This document shows, piece by piece, positions 46,049 to 55,280 of a stretch of DNA of 64,000 nt. Source of the stretch: Reyranella sp. (GTDB lineage Bacteria > Pseudomonadota > Alphaproteobacteria > Reyranellales > Reyranellaceae); assembly GCF_965249915.1 (NCBI RefSeq), contig NZ_OZ252257.1:4850276-4914275 (forward strand). Direction: 5' to 3'. The position numbers and the translations under genes are program-made. The notes below the pieces were generated by a model that saw only the letters and a program-made list of their open reading frames with translations, had not been told where the DNA came from and did not search any database. How positions within the stretch are numbered: position 1 is the first letter of the stretch; each line of letters opens with the position of its first letter.

Positions 46049-46867
46049 ATGCTGATCGCCCAGATCACCGACACCCATATCAAGCTGCCGGGCAAGCTCG
46101 CCTATCGCAAGGTCGACACGGCTTCCATGCTGCAACGCTGCGTGCAGGAGCTGCTGGCGCTGAAGCCGCAGCCCGACATCGTCCTGCTGACCGGCGATCT
46201 GGTCGATCTCGGCCGACCGGAAGAATACGCGCACCTGAAATCGATCCTGGCGCCGATCCAGCAGCGCATCATCGCCATCCCCGGCAATCACGACGAGCGC
46301 GAGGCGATGCGCGAGGCCTTCCGCGACGGCGGCTACCTGCCGGCGGCGGGGAAGTTCCTCCAGTTCGCGATCGACGACTATCCGTTGCGCCTGGTCGGCC
46401 TCGACACGCTGATCCCGGGGCAGGGCGGCGGCGAACTCTGCCGCGAGCGGCTCGACTGGCTCGACCGCACGCTGGCGGAGCGGCCCGATGTGCCGACCCT
46501 GGTGATGATGCACCACCCGCCCTTCGTCACCGGCATCGGCCACATGGACAAGATCGGCCTTTTAGGCCGCGAGGCCTTTGCCGAGGTCGTCGCCAAGCAT
46601 GCGCAGGTCGAGCTGATCCTGTGCGGCCATCTCCATCGCACGATCCACGCCCAGGTCGGCGGTCGTCCGGCCCTGACCTGCCCCAGCCCGGCGCACCAGG
46701 TCGCGCTCGACATCCATCCCGACGCCCCCAGCCGCTTCCGCATGGAGCCGCCGGGTTTCATGCTGCACTGGTGGAACGACGGCCAGCTCGTCACCCACGC
46801 CGCCGTCATCGGCGACTATGACGGGCCGTATCCGTTCTTCGACGCGGATGGGAAACTGATCGATTGA
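46049..46867 (+). CDS. metallophosphoesterase, GpdQ/CpdA-like phosphodiesterase
   Basis: ATG 46049. Intact motifs DTH, GDLVDLG, GNHD, MHHPP and GHLH. Confidence 0.85.
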   Translation: MLIAQITDTHIKLPGKLAYRKVDTASMLQRCVQELLALKPQPDIVLLTGDLVDLGRPEEYAHLKSILAPIQQRIIAIPGNHDEREAMREAFRDGGYLPAAGKFLQFAIDDYPLRLVGLDTLIPGQGGGELCRERLDWLDRTLAERPDVPTLVMMHHPPFVTGIGHMDKIGLLGREAFAEVVAKHAQVELILCGHLHRTIHAQVGGRPALTCPSPAHQVALDIHPDAPSRFRMEPPGFMLHWWNDGQLVTHAAVIGDYDGPYPFFDADGKLID

Positions 46868-46933
46868 ACGGTCACGGTTGCCGCCTAGGGTCTTTCCGAC
46901 TGAGACGGAAGCACATTGGACGTCCCAAGAAGA

Positions 46934-47068
46934 CCTCACCCTGAGGAGCGCGCCGCAGGAGCGCGTCTCGAAGGGTGGGCACGAGCACCACGTCTGTTGC
47001 CCATCCTTCGAGACGGCCCTTCGGGCCTCCTCAGGATGAGGTGGTGTGGGTGAACCTGAAGCGAAAAG
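46934..47068. repeat. REP1 family element, complete copy
   Basis: Best-preserved nested palindrome. Left arm cctcaccctgaggagcgcgccgcaggagcgcgtctcgaagggtgggc; right arm gcccatccttcgagacggcccttcgggcctcctcaggatgaggtgg. It abuts the def stop codon. Confidence 0.8.
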
Positions 47069-47071
47069 ACC

Positions 47072-47647
47072 CTAGATCACGTGCTCGGGATCTTCCTTGG
47101 CGTGGGCCTTGGGCGGCCGGCCTTCGGCCGCGTCGCGTTCCTGTTCCTTGCGCGCCTTGAGCAGCTTGCGCAGGATCATGTTCCGCTTGAGCGCCGAGAT
47201 GTGGTCGATGAACAGCACGCCGTCGAGATGGTCGATCTCGTGCTGGACGCAGGTCGCCAACAGGCCCTCGCAGGCGAGGTCCTGCTGCTTGCCGTCACGG
47301 TCGAGGTAGCGGACCGTGACCGTGGCCGGGCGGACCACGTCGGAATAATGGTCCGGCACCGACAGGCAGCCTTCCTCGTAGGAGACGTCCTCGTCCGAGG
47401 CCGCGACGATCTCGGGATTGGCCATGAAGAGCGGGCCGGTCTTGGTGTCCTCGCGGTCGATGTCGAGCACGATGACACGCTTCAGCACGCCGACCTGCGG
47501 CGCGGCCAGCCCGATGCCGGGGGCGTCGTACATCGTCTCCAGCATGTCATCCATGAGCTGGCGCACGCCGGCGTCGACCGTGTCGACGGGCAGGGACTTC
47601 TTTTTCAGGCGCGGATCGGGCGCGGTCAGGATGGGCAGGAGAGCCAT
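47072..47647 (-). CDS. def: peptide deformylase
   Basis: 191-aa ORF with GIGLAAPQ, EGCLS and HEIDH motifs. Confidence 0.95.
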   Translation of the reverse strand: MALLPILTAPDPRLKKKSLPVDTVDAGVRQLMDDMLETMYDAPGIGLAAPQVGVLKRVIVLDIDREDTKTGPLFMANPEIVAASDEDVSYEEGCLSVPDHYSDVVRPATVTVRYLDRDGKQQDLACEGLLATCVQHEIDHLDGVLFIDHISALKRNMILRKLLKARKEQERDAAEGRPPKAHAKEDPEHVI

Positions 47648-47707
47648 CGGGCCTAAATATGCGTGAGAACGGGGCTTTTCAAGGCCGGGACTGGGTCAGG
47701 CCCGGGG

Positions 47708-48622
47708 TCATGTACGCCGGACCATGGTGCCGACGCCCGCCTCGGTGAAGACCTCGAGCAGAAGGCAGTGGGGGACCCGCCCGTCCATGATGACGGCGGC
47801 TTCGACGCCCGAATTCACGGCATCGATGCAATTCTCGACCTTGGGGATCATGCCGCCGGAGATCGTGCCGTCGGCGATCAGGGCGCGCGCCTGCTCGATC
47901 GTCATCTCGGGGATCACCTTGCCGTCCTTGTCGAGCACGCCCGGCACGTCGGTCAGGAACAGCAGGCGCTTGGCCTTCAGCGCGCCGGCGATGGCGCCGG
48001 CCGAGGTATCGGCGTTGATGTTGTAGGTCAGCTCGTCGTCGACGCCGAACCCGATCGGGGCGACCACCGGGATCACGTCGGCGCGGCGCAGCTGCTCGAG
48101 CACCATGACGTTGATCTTGGCCGGCTCGCCGACCTGCTTCAGGTCGACCTTCAGGAGCTCGCCGGTCTTGGGATCGCGCGTCTCGGTCATCTTCTTGGCC
48201 AGGATCAGGTTGCCGTCCTTGCCGCAGATGCCGACGGCGATGCCGCCGCACTCGTTGATGTCGGCCACGATCGCCTTGTTGATCGAGCCGGCCAGGACCA
48301 TCTCGACGATCTCCATGGTCGCGGCGTCGGTGACGCGCAGCCCGTTCACGAACGTGCTCTTGATGCCGACCCGCTCCAGCATCTTGTTGATCTGGGGGCC
48401 GCCGCCATGGACCACGATCGGGTTCATGCCGACCTGCTTCATCAGCACCACGTCGCGGGCGACCAGGTCGCCGAGCTTCGGATCGGTCATGGCATGGCCG
48501 CCATATTTCACGACGAAGGTGGCATCGTTGTGCCGGCGCATGTAGGGCAGCGCCTTGGAGATGGTCTCCGCCATGCGGATGAGCCGCTTCTGCTCCTTGT
48601 CGGGTTGAACAGGCTCGGCCAT
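47708..48622 (-). CDS. argB: acetylglutamate kinase
   Basis: ATG 48622. ...[22 protein letters not shown]... and the full AAK-fold sequence. Confidence 0.93.
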   Translation of the reverse strand: MAEPVQPDKEQKRLIRMAETISKALPYMRRHNDATFVVKYGGHAMTDPKLGDLVARDVVLMKQVGMNPIVVHGGGPQINKMLERVGIKSTFVNGLRVTDAATMEIVEMVLAGSINKAIVADINECGGIAVGICGKDGNLILAKKMTETRDPKTGELLKVDLKQVGEPAKINVMVLEQLRRADVIPVVAPIGFGVDDELTYNINADTSAGAIAGALKAKRLLFLTDVPGVLDKDGKVIPEMTIEQARALIADGTISGGMIPKVENCIDAVNSGVEAAVIMDGRVPHCLLLEVFTEAGVGTMVRRT

Positions 48623-48751
48623 TTCACAGCATCCCCAGTTGAACGAAAGCCCTCTCCGGGTCGGGAGAGGGCCGAGCAATTCGCCGAGGCGCATAATATA
48701 TCAGGCGGCTCGCGGATAGAAGAACCGGCCCTGCCGCGTCAGGATGTCCGC

Positions 48752-49438
48752 ATGGCAGCTTCCCACCCCCTCGACAGCGAAACCCTGGCCGATCGCGGCT
48801 TCACCGTGGTGCGCAACCTGATCGGCCCCGAGGAGTGCCGCGCGCTGGCCGCGCTGTGGTCCGAGCCGTCACGGTTCCGCAAACATATCGTCATGCAGCG
48901 CCACGGCTACGGGCAGGGCGAGTACCGGTATTTCGCCTACGACCTGCCCCCGCCCGTCGAGCGGCTGCGCCAGGCGCTGTACCCCGAGCTGGCCGAAGTG
49001 GCCAACCAGTGGAACGAGCGGCTGGGACGGCCCCGGCGTTTCCCGCGCGACCTGAAGGACTGGCTGCGCGAATGCCACGAGGCCGGCCAGACCCGGCCGA
49101 CGCCGCTGCTGCTGCGCTACGGGCCCGGCGACTACAACTGCCTGCACCGCGATCTCTACGGCGAGATGGTCTTCCCGCTGCAGGTCGTGGTGCTGCTGAG
49201 CGCCCCGGGCCGCGACTTCACGGGCGGCGAGTTCATGCTGGTCGAGCAGCGCGCCCGCATGCAGTCCCGCGGCGAAGTCGTGCCGCTGGAACAGGGCGAT
49301 GCCGCGATCTTTGCGGTGAACGAGCGGCCCGCCAAGGGCGTCCGCGGCTGGCACCGCACCGCGATGCGCCATGGCGTCTCGAGCCTGCGCACCGGCGAGC
49401 GCTTCACCCTGGGCCTGATCTTCCACGACGCGGCATAG
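48752..49438 (+). CDS. 2OG-Fe(II) oxygenase family protein
   Basis: 228-aa ORF from ATG 48752 with an HxD...H layout (CLHRDLYGE ... RHGVS). Divergent from argB. Confidence 0.75.
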   Translation: MAASHPLDSETLADRGFTVVRNLIGPEECRALAALWSEPSRFRKHIVMQRHGYGQGEYRYFAYDLPPPVERLRQALYPELAEVANQWNERLGRPRRFPRDLKDWLRECHEAGQTRPTPLLLRYGPGDYNCLHRDLYGEMVFPLQVVVLLSAPGRDFTGGEFMLVEQRARMQSRGEVVPLEQGDAAIFAVNERPAKGVRGWHRTAMRHGVSSLRTGERFTLGLIFHDAA

Positions 49439-49552
49439 CTGGGGTTGAGGAGCGCCACTCATCTTCCACTTCCAGGGCGCCTCCACTAAGCTGGCCGCCC
49501 GACGACGGATCCACCCCGCCGGCGAGATCTGTCACTTGAGGTCGGCATCTTC

Positions 49553-50245
49553 ATGTCTTTCAGAACCACGTTCCCGCTCGTCTGCCTGGCGGCCCTTTAC
49601 TGCGCGGGATGCGTCACCACGGACCAGACGCAAGCCGCCGCCCCGAGTTCGCAGTTCGTACCCGTCGACCGGATCCAGATTCAGAAGCGCTTTACCGTGG
49701 TGGACGTGAATGCCGCCAATTTCGGAAACGAGGTGCATCGCTGCGTGCCGCAACTCGGCGCCACCTCCAAGACCGTCGTCGATCAGGCTGCCAAGCTGCC
49801 GCTACCGCGCGGCACCGTCGTGAGTCTGTCGAATGTCCGTGCCTCGAATTCGTTCGTGATCGTGGGCTCGCGCGCCATTTGTCTCCAGGAAAGCACGGCA
49901 CGGCAGCCGATCTTCGCCGCCGAGATCTTCGTGGACACCGTCAGCCCCTCGGGTGTGCCGCCCGATGTCACCGACAGATGGTATGCCGATCTGGCCAGGC
50001 GCATCGCAGAAACGGGCCGCGCCACGGCCGCCTATGTCTTCCCGAACGGCAATGCCTTCATTGCAAGTTACTGGATCGAACCCCCGCTCAAGACGAGGTT
50101 GGCCTACGCCAGCGAGTTCAAGAAGGCCGGCAGATGGGAATCGGGCACGTATGATTTCCGATTCGTCGATCCAAACCTTTCCTCAGTTGCAACCGTAGCG
50201 AGGAACGGCGCGAAGGCGAAGACGGCTCCCATCGACTATCGCTGA
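49553..50245 (+). CDS. hypothetical lipoprotein
   Basis: 230-aa ORF with a signal peptide and lipobox (LAALYCAGC). No recognisable family. Somewhat lower GC by eye. Confidence 0.6.
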   Translation: MSFRTTFPLVCLAALYCAGCVTTDQTQAAAPSSQFVPVDRIQIQKRFTVVDVNAANFGNEVHRCVPQLGATSKTVVDQAAKLPLPRGTVVSLSNVRASNSFVIVGSRAICLQESTARQPIFAAEIFVDTVSPSGVPPDVTDRWYADLARRIAETGRATAAYVFPNGNAFIASYWIEPPLKTRLAYASEFKKAGRWESGTYDFRFVDPNLSSVATVARNGAKAKTAPIDYR

Positions 50246-50311
50246 GCCGCATCCTCGGCCAGATCTTCCACGACGCGGCGTGACAGATTCACGGACCGAT
50301 ACCGGCGCCCC

Positions 50312-50401
50312 CTGTCATCCTGAACGATGCGAAGGATCTGACGTCCGACAAGGAGTGCTCTGGTCGTTCCGCTAGGTCCTTCGCTGCGCTCAGGGCGACA
50401 G
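50312..50401. repeat. REP2 family palindromic element (arms in opposite order to the other two copies)
   Basis: ctgtcatcctgaacgatgcgaaggatctga ... ctaggtccttcgctgcgctcagggcgacag. Confidence 0.7.
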
Positions 50402-50409
50402 ACCGAAAC

Positions 50410-51072
50410 CTAAACCTGCGCGACCGCGAAAATGTCGGCGCGGAGTTCGGGAATGCCGAAGCCGGTCTCGCTGCTGGTCGGCAGGACCTCGGGATGGGCA
50501 GCGCCATGCTTGCGGGCCACGGCCTCGGCGGCCTTCACGGCGGCGGCAATGTCGGAGGCCCGCAGATAGTCGGTCTTGGTCAGCAGGAGCTGGTAGGAGA
50601 CGGCGGCGCTGTCGAGGTTGCGCATCGTCTCGCGGTCGCTCTCCTTCACCCCGTGCCGGCCGTCGATCAGCACGAAGATTCGCATCAGGGTCGGACGGCC
50701 GCGCAGATAGGCCGAGGCCAGGTCCTGCCACGTCTCCTTCATCGAGCGCGAGACCTTGGCGAAGCCATAGCCCGGCAGGTCGACCAGCATCAGCCGGTCG
50801 GCCAGATTGAAGAAGTTGACCTGGCGCGTGTGGCCGGGATTGCCCGAGACGCGCGCCAGGGTGCGCCGGCCGGTGAGCGCATTCACCAGGCTCGACTTGC
50901 CGACGTTGGAGCGTCCGGCGAAGGCCACTTCCGGCAGCGAGATGCCGGGCAGCGATTCGATCGACGCGGCGCCCGAGACGAAGTCGCACGGGCCCGCGAA
51001 CAGCTTGCGCGCCGCCTCGATCTCGGCCGGCGTATAGCCCTCGTCGATCTCGTCGGGTGACTTGTCGGGCAT
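50410..51072 (-). CDS. engB: ribosome biogenesis GTP-binding protein YihA/EngB
   Basis: 220-aa ORF with GRSNVGKSS (G1), DLPGYG (G3) and TKTD (G4). Its start overlaps the yidC stop by 1 nt. Confidence 0.92.
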   Translation of the reverse strand: MPDKSPDEIDEGYTPAEIEAARKLFAGPCDFVSGAASIESLPGISLPEVAFAGRSNVGKSSLVNALTGRRTLARVSGNPGHTRQVNFFNLADRLMLVDLPGYGFAKVSRSMKETWQDLASAYLRGRPTLMRIFVLIDGRHGVKESDRETMRNLDSAAVSYQLLLTKTDYLRASDIAAAVKAAEAVARKHGAAHPEVLPTSSETGFGIPELRADIFAVAQV

Positions 51073-52889
51073 CAGTTCTTCTTACCGGAGCCCTTGCCGC
51101 CCTTCTTTTCGTTGGAGGGAGCCGCCGGCGCGGGAATCGCGGGCGCCGCCTTGCCGCCGATCGGCGCGCCGTGGCGGCGCATGATCATGTACTGCTGCGC
51201 GATAGAGAGCGTGTTGCTCCACGCCCAGTAGATCACCAGGCCGGCGGCGAAGGGCGCCAGCATGAAGGTGAACAGGATGGGCAGGAACTGGAACACGCGC
51301 GCCTGCACCGGATCGGTCGGCTGCGGGTTCAGCTTCTGCTGCAGGTACATCGTGACGCCCATGATCATGGGCCAGATGCCGATGTTGAAGAAGTGCAGGA
51401 ACGACGGGACGTCCCACGGGAACATCCCGAAGCCGGTCAGGATGGTGAGCGGATCGGGCGCCGAGAGGTCCTTGATCCAGCCGTAGAACGGCTGATGGCG
51501 CATCTCGATGGTGGTGTAGAGCACCTTGTAGAGCGCGAAGAACACCGGGATCTGCACGATGATCGGCAGGCAGCCCGCCGCCGGGTTCACCTTCTCGCGC
51601 CGATAGAGCTGCATCAGCTCCTGGTTCATGCGCTGGCGGTCCTCGCCGTAGCGCACCTTGAGCTTCTCCATCTCGGGCTGGAGCCGCTTCATCTTGCTCA
51701 TCGCCGCATAGGACTTGTTGGCCAGCGGGAAGAACACGGCCTTCACGATCACGGTCAGCACCAGGATCGACAGGCCGAAATTGCCGAGATGCACGTAGAG
51801 CCACTCGAGCAGCCAGAACAGCGGCTTGGTGAAGAACCAGAACCAGCCCCAGTCGATCGTGAGGTCGAACTTCTGGATGCCGTACTTGCTTTCATAGTCG
51901 GAGATCACCCGCACGATCTTCGCGCCGGCGAACAGCTTGGCATCCGTCGTGGCATTGGCACCGGGAGCGACCGTCAGGCCGCCGGCGACATAGTCGACCT
52001 GGTACTTCACGTCGGCGCCGGCGCCGGTCTGCTTGATCGAGACGTCGACCTTGGACTTCTGGTCGGGCACCAGCACCGACATCCAGTACTTGTCGGTGAT
52101 GCCGACCCAGCCGCCGGTGGTGGCGATCTTCTGCTGCTTGTTGCCCTTGAAGTCGGAGTAGCTGAACTCTTTCAGCGTGTCGTTGAAGACGCCGTACGGA
52201 CCCTCGTGGAGGATGTACATGCCCTCGAACTTGGGCTCGCCGTAGCGCACGATGAGGCTCCACGGGAACAGCGTCACCGGCTTGTCGGTCTTGTTCTCGA
52301 CGCTCTGCTTCACGTCGAACATGAAGAACTCGTCGATCGAGACCGTGAGGCCGAATACCAGCCCGGCGCCATTGTCCCAGGTGAGCTTGACCGGCTTGCC
52401 GGGCGCCACCGTCGGCGCGTCGGACGTCCAGAGCGTCTCCGGGCCCGGCACCTTGAGGGCAGGGTCCGAGGACGACCAGCCGAACTCGGCATAGTAGGGA
52501 TGCTCGCTCCCGACCGGCGACAGGACCGGTACCGGCGGGCTCTTGGGATCGATGGTCTCGCGGTATTTCACGAGCTGCACGTCGTCGATCCGCGCGCCCT
52601 TGAGCGAGACCGAGCCGGTGAGCTCGGCCGTATCGAAGGTGACGCGCGGCGTCAGCGCGACGGCCTCGCCGCGGCTGACCACCGGCTGCTGCGTCGGCGC
52701 GGCGCCCGGACCGGGCTGCGTTCCGGGCGTGCCCGGCTGACCGGCCGGCGCGGCCGGCGTGCTCGACGGGCTGGCGGTCTGCTGCGGGGCGCCGTTGACC
52801 GGCGCCTTGGCCGGCGGGAACGCCGCCTGCCATCCCACGATGATCAGCACCGAGACGACGATGGCGACGATGAAGTTCTTCTGATCCAT
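51072..52889 (-). CDS. yidC: membrane protein insertase YidC
   Basis: 605-aa ORF with an N-terminal TM helix, a large periplasmic domain and the conserved C-terminal 5-TM core (...GCLPIIVQIPVFFALYKVL...). Confidence 0.95.
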   Translation of the reverse strand: MDQKNFIVAIVVSVLIIVGWQAAFPPAKAPVNGAPQQTASPSSTPAAPAGQPGTPGTQPGPGAAPTQQPVVSRGEAVALTPRVTFDTAELTGSVSLKGARIDDVQLVKYRETIDPKSPPVPVLSPVGSEHPYYAEFGWSSSDPALKVPGPETLWTSDAPTVAPGKPVKLTWDNGAGLVFGLTVSIDEFFMFDVKQSVENKTDKPVTLFPWSLIVRYGEPKFEGMYILHEGPYGVFNDTLKEFSYSDFKGNKQQKIATTGGWVGITDKYWMSVLVPDQKSKVDVSIKQTGAGADVKYQVDYVAGGLTVAPGANATTDAKLFAGAKIVRVISDYESKYGIQKFDLTIDWGWFWFFTKPLFWLLEWLYVHLGNFGLSILVLTVIVKAVFFPLANKSYAAMSKMKRLQPEMEKLKVRYGEDRQRMNQELMQLYRREKVNPAAGCLPIIVQIPVFFALYKVLYTTIEMRHQPFYGWIKDLSAPDPLTILTGFGMFPWDVPSFLHFFNIGIWPMIMGVTMYLQQKLNPQPTDPVQARVFQFLPILFTFMLAPFAAGLVIYWAWSNTLSIAQQYMIMRRHGAPIGGKAAPAIPAPAAPSNEKKGGKGSGKKN

Positions 52890-52913
52890 TTGTCGGCGAT
52901 CTTTCGTGGCGCG

Positions 52914-53180
52914 TCAGAAGCGCCGGGCAGGGTGGCAGGAAAGCGGCGCGCGCGCGCGGGCGGCGGCCGACGGAACGGGATCATAGCCGCCGGCGCCCCA
53001 GGGGCCGCAGCGGCACAGGCGATGAGCGGCAAGCCAGCTTCCCCGCAACGCGCCATGCTTCGACAGGGCCTCGACCGCATAGGCCGAGCACGAGGGCTCG
53101 TAGCGGCAGGCACCGACGAAGAAGTAGGCGAGCGTGAGTTGGTAGAAGCGAATCGCGCCGCGCAGGACCAGGGACATCAT
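52914..53180 (-). CDS. yidD: membrane protein insertion efficiency factor YidD
   Basis: 88-aa ORF ...IRFYQLTL....GACRYEPSCSAYAVEAL.KHG...G.WLA..RL.RC.PW..GGYDPVP. Confidence 0.88.
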   Translation of the reverse strand: MMSLVLRGAIRFYQLTLAYFFVGACRYEPSCSAYAVEALSKHGALRGSWLAAHRLCRCGPWGAGGYDPVPSAAARARAPLSCHPARRF

Positions 53181-53232
53181 GCGGCCCGGAAACTGGCGAT
53201 TTAAGTGCTCCGGCGCAAGCTGCCAATGCAAG

Positions 53233-53604
53233 TCATGGCGTCGCGAGGGGCGCGGCGAGCGCCTTGAGGCGCCGAAGGGCCTCCTGCAGCTCGGTCCGCA
53301 TCGCGGCGAAGTCGCGGCCGAGGGCGCCCTGGCGGCCCACCAGCACATAGTCATGATCGGCCCGGGCCGATTGCGGGATGACCTGGCGAGCGATCTCGCG
53401 CAAGCGGCGTCGAACGCGGTTGCGCGCCACGGCATTGCCGACCTTGCGGCTGACGGTGAAGCCAACCCGAATGGCGGGGCCCGCGAGTTCAGCCGGAACG
53501 GGCGCCATTTGCAGCACGAAACCGGGCATGGCACATCGCCGCCCGGCCTGGACGCGCAGAAAGTCGCTACGATTCGGCAGCCGACCGAGGTCCGCCGCCG
53601 CCAA
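53233..53604 (-). CDS. rnpA: ribonuclease P protein component
   Basis: RnpA sequence (RLPNRSDFLRV...VGFTVSRKVGNAVARNRVRRRLRE). The first ATG would delete the conserved N-terminus. TTG at 53604, just after the rpmH stop, is proposed. Start uncertain. Confidence 0.85.
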   Translation of the reverse strand: MAAADLGRLPNRSDFLRVQAGRRCAMPGFVLQMAPVPAELAGPAIRVGFTVSRKVGNAVARNRVRRRLREIARQVIPQSARADHDYVLVGRQGALGRDFAAMRTELQEALRRLKALAAPLATP

Positions 53605-53609
53605 TCGAA

Positions 53610-53744
53610 CTAGGCCGACAGGCGCTTGCGGCCGGACCGGCGGCGGTTCGCGATGACCTTGCGGCCACCGACGGTCGCCATACGGGACCGGAAACCGTGC
53701 CGACGGGCGCGGACCAGCTTGCTCGGCTGATAGGTGCGTTTCAT
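53610..53744 (-). CDS. rpmH: 50S ribosomal protein L34
   Basis: Hand translation gives [45 protein letters not shown]. It is below the ORF-track length cutoff. Confidence 0.95.
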   Translation of the reverse strand: MKRTYQPSKLVRARRHGFRSRMATVGGRKVIANRRRSGRKRLSA

Positions 53745-53858
53745 GACGCAACTCCTTTAAACACAACAAGGCCCCCGCGCGGTGCACCGGGGGCGAATTC
53801 CGTGGGCGAGGGTAATAAGCGTGTGACCCTTCAGAGTCAACGAGGGCTAGGATGCCCC

Positions 53859-54506
53859 ATGGCCCTCATTCTTCACGGCTACCGCTACAGCGTCTACGTC
53901 CGCATCGTCCGCCTGGTCCTGGCCGAAAAGGCCGTGGCCTACGACCAGGTCGAGGTGAACCCGTTCGCGACCGAGGTTCCGGAGGCCTATCTCGCGCTTC
54001 ACCCGTTCGGCCGGGTCCCGGCGCTCGTCCATGACGGCTTCCCGCTCTACGAGACCGGCGCCATCACCCGCTATCTCGACCGGACCTTCCCGCAGCCGTC
54101 GCTGCAGCCGCAGGCGCCGAGACGGCTGGCGCGCTTGGACCAGATCATCGCGGTGGTCGACGCCTACGCCTACTGGCCGCTGGTGCGGCAGGTCTTCGTC
54201 CACGACGTCGTGCGACCTCACAGGGGCACGGCGGGCGATGCGGCGGAGTTGGAGAAGGGTCTGCAGGGCGCCGCCCGGGCGCTCGATGCGCTGGAAGCCC
54301 TGGCCGCGCCGGAGGCCTGGCTGACGGGCCCGGACCTCTCGCTCGCCGACCTTCATCTCGGAGCGATGGTCGCCTGCTTCGCGCAGTCCGCGCGCGGGAC
54401 CGAGGTGCTGGCCGCACGCCCGAGACTCTCGGCATGGTGGCGGCGATTCGGGGCACGCCCGAGTGTCGCCGTCACGGAGCCCGGCTTGCCAATCACTCAG
54501 GCGTGA
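53859..54506 (+). CDS. glutathione S-transferase
   Basis: ATG 53859. MALILHGYRYSVYVRIVRLVLAEKAV...HPFGRVPALVH.GF.LYETGAITRYL. Confidence 0.85.
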   Translation: MALILHGYRYSVYVRIVRLVLAEKAVAYDQVEVNPFATEVPEAYLALHPFGRVPALVHDGFPLYETGAITRYLDRTFPQPSLQPQAPRRLARLDQIIAVVDAYAYWPLVRQVFVHDVVRPHRGTAGDAAELEKGLQGAARALDALEALAAPEAWLTGPDLSLADLHLGAMVACFAQSARGTEVLAARPRLSAWWRRFGARPSVAVTEPGLPITQA

Positions 54507-54571
54507 CAGCATGTGCTTTGAGGATCGGTCCCGCAGCGTCAATATCGAGGCGGGGGGAGACGAAAGGCCAG

Positions 54572-55279
54572 ATGGATACGTCGACACTGCGCCGGCTGCT
54601 GCCAGTGGCGATCCTGCTGGTCGGGCTGGCCGCCTTCCTGCTGCTCGGGCTCGAGCGTTATGTCTCCTACGACATGCTGGTCCGCCACAAGGTCACGCTG
54701 ACGACCTGGGTTGCCGACCATCGTCCGCTGGCGGCGCTCGCCTTCCTGCTGGCCTATGCGGTCATGGTGGCCTTCTCGCTGCCCGTCGCCATGCTGGCGA
54801 CGCCGGTCGGCGGATTCCTGTTCGGGACCTGGGCGGGGGCCGGCCTGTCGGTGATCGGCGCGACCCTGGGGTCGATCGCCGTCTTCCTGGCCGCACGCTA
54901 CGCCTTTCGCGACCTCTTCCGGGCCCGCGCGGGCGCCACGCTGGCGCGCTTCGAGAAGGGGTTCCGGGAAAGCGATTTCAACTATCTCCTGTTCCTGAGA
55001 CTGGTTCCGGTCTTTCCCTTCTGGCTGATCAACATCGTGCCGGCGCTGCTCGGCATGCGACTGCGAAACTACGCGCTGGCAACGATGATCGGCATCGTGC
55101 CGGCCTCGATCATCTATGCGGGCGTCGGAGCGGGCCTCGGCGCCGTGCTGAAGCGCGGCGAACATCCCGATCTCGGCATCATCTTCGAATGGCGCATTCT
55201 GCTGCCGCTGCTGGGCCTTGCCGTGCTGGCGCTGCTCCCCGTCGTCTTTGCCCGCCTGCGCCGGAAGCGCTCCGCGTGA
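54572..55279 (+). CDS. TVP38/TMEM64 (DedA-related) family membrane protein
   Basis: ATG 54572. Polytopic, with ...FLLRLVPVFPFWLINIVPALLGM... typical of the SNARE-associated/TVP38 family. Confidence 0.8.
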   Translation: MDTSTLRRLLPVAILLVGLAAFLLLGLERYVSYDMLVRHKVTLTTWVADHRPLAALAFLLAYAVMVAFSLPVAMLATPVGGFLFGTWAGAGLSVIGATLGSIAVFLAARYAFRDLFRARAGATLARFEKGFRESDFNYLLFLRLVPVFPFWLINIVPALLGMRLRNYALATMIGIVPASIIYAGVGAGLGAVLKRGEHPDLGIIFEWRILLPLLGLAVLALLPVVFARLRRKRSA

Positions 55280-55280
55280 G

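Noticed and set aside
46975-47160. 61-aa ORF, plus the similar pieces at 29048-29332 and the 43252-43365 N-terminal extension, sharing ...TSVAHPSRR... peptides
   Set aside because: The shared peptide is simply the translation of the REP1 repeat. It recurs wherever the repeat occurs and has no independent coding support.
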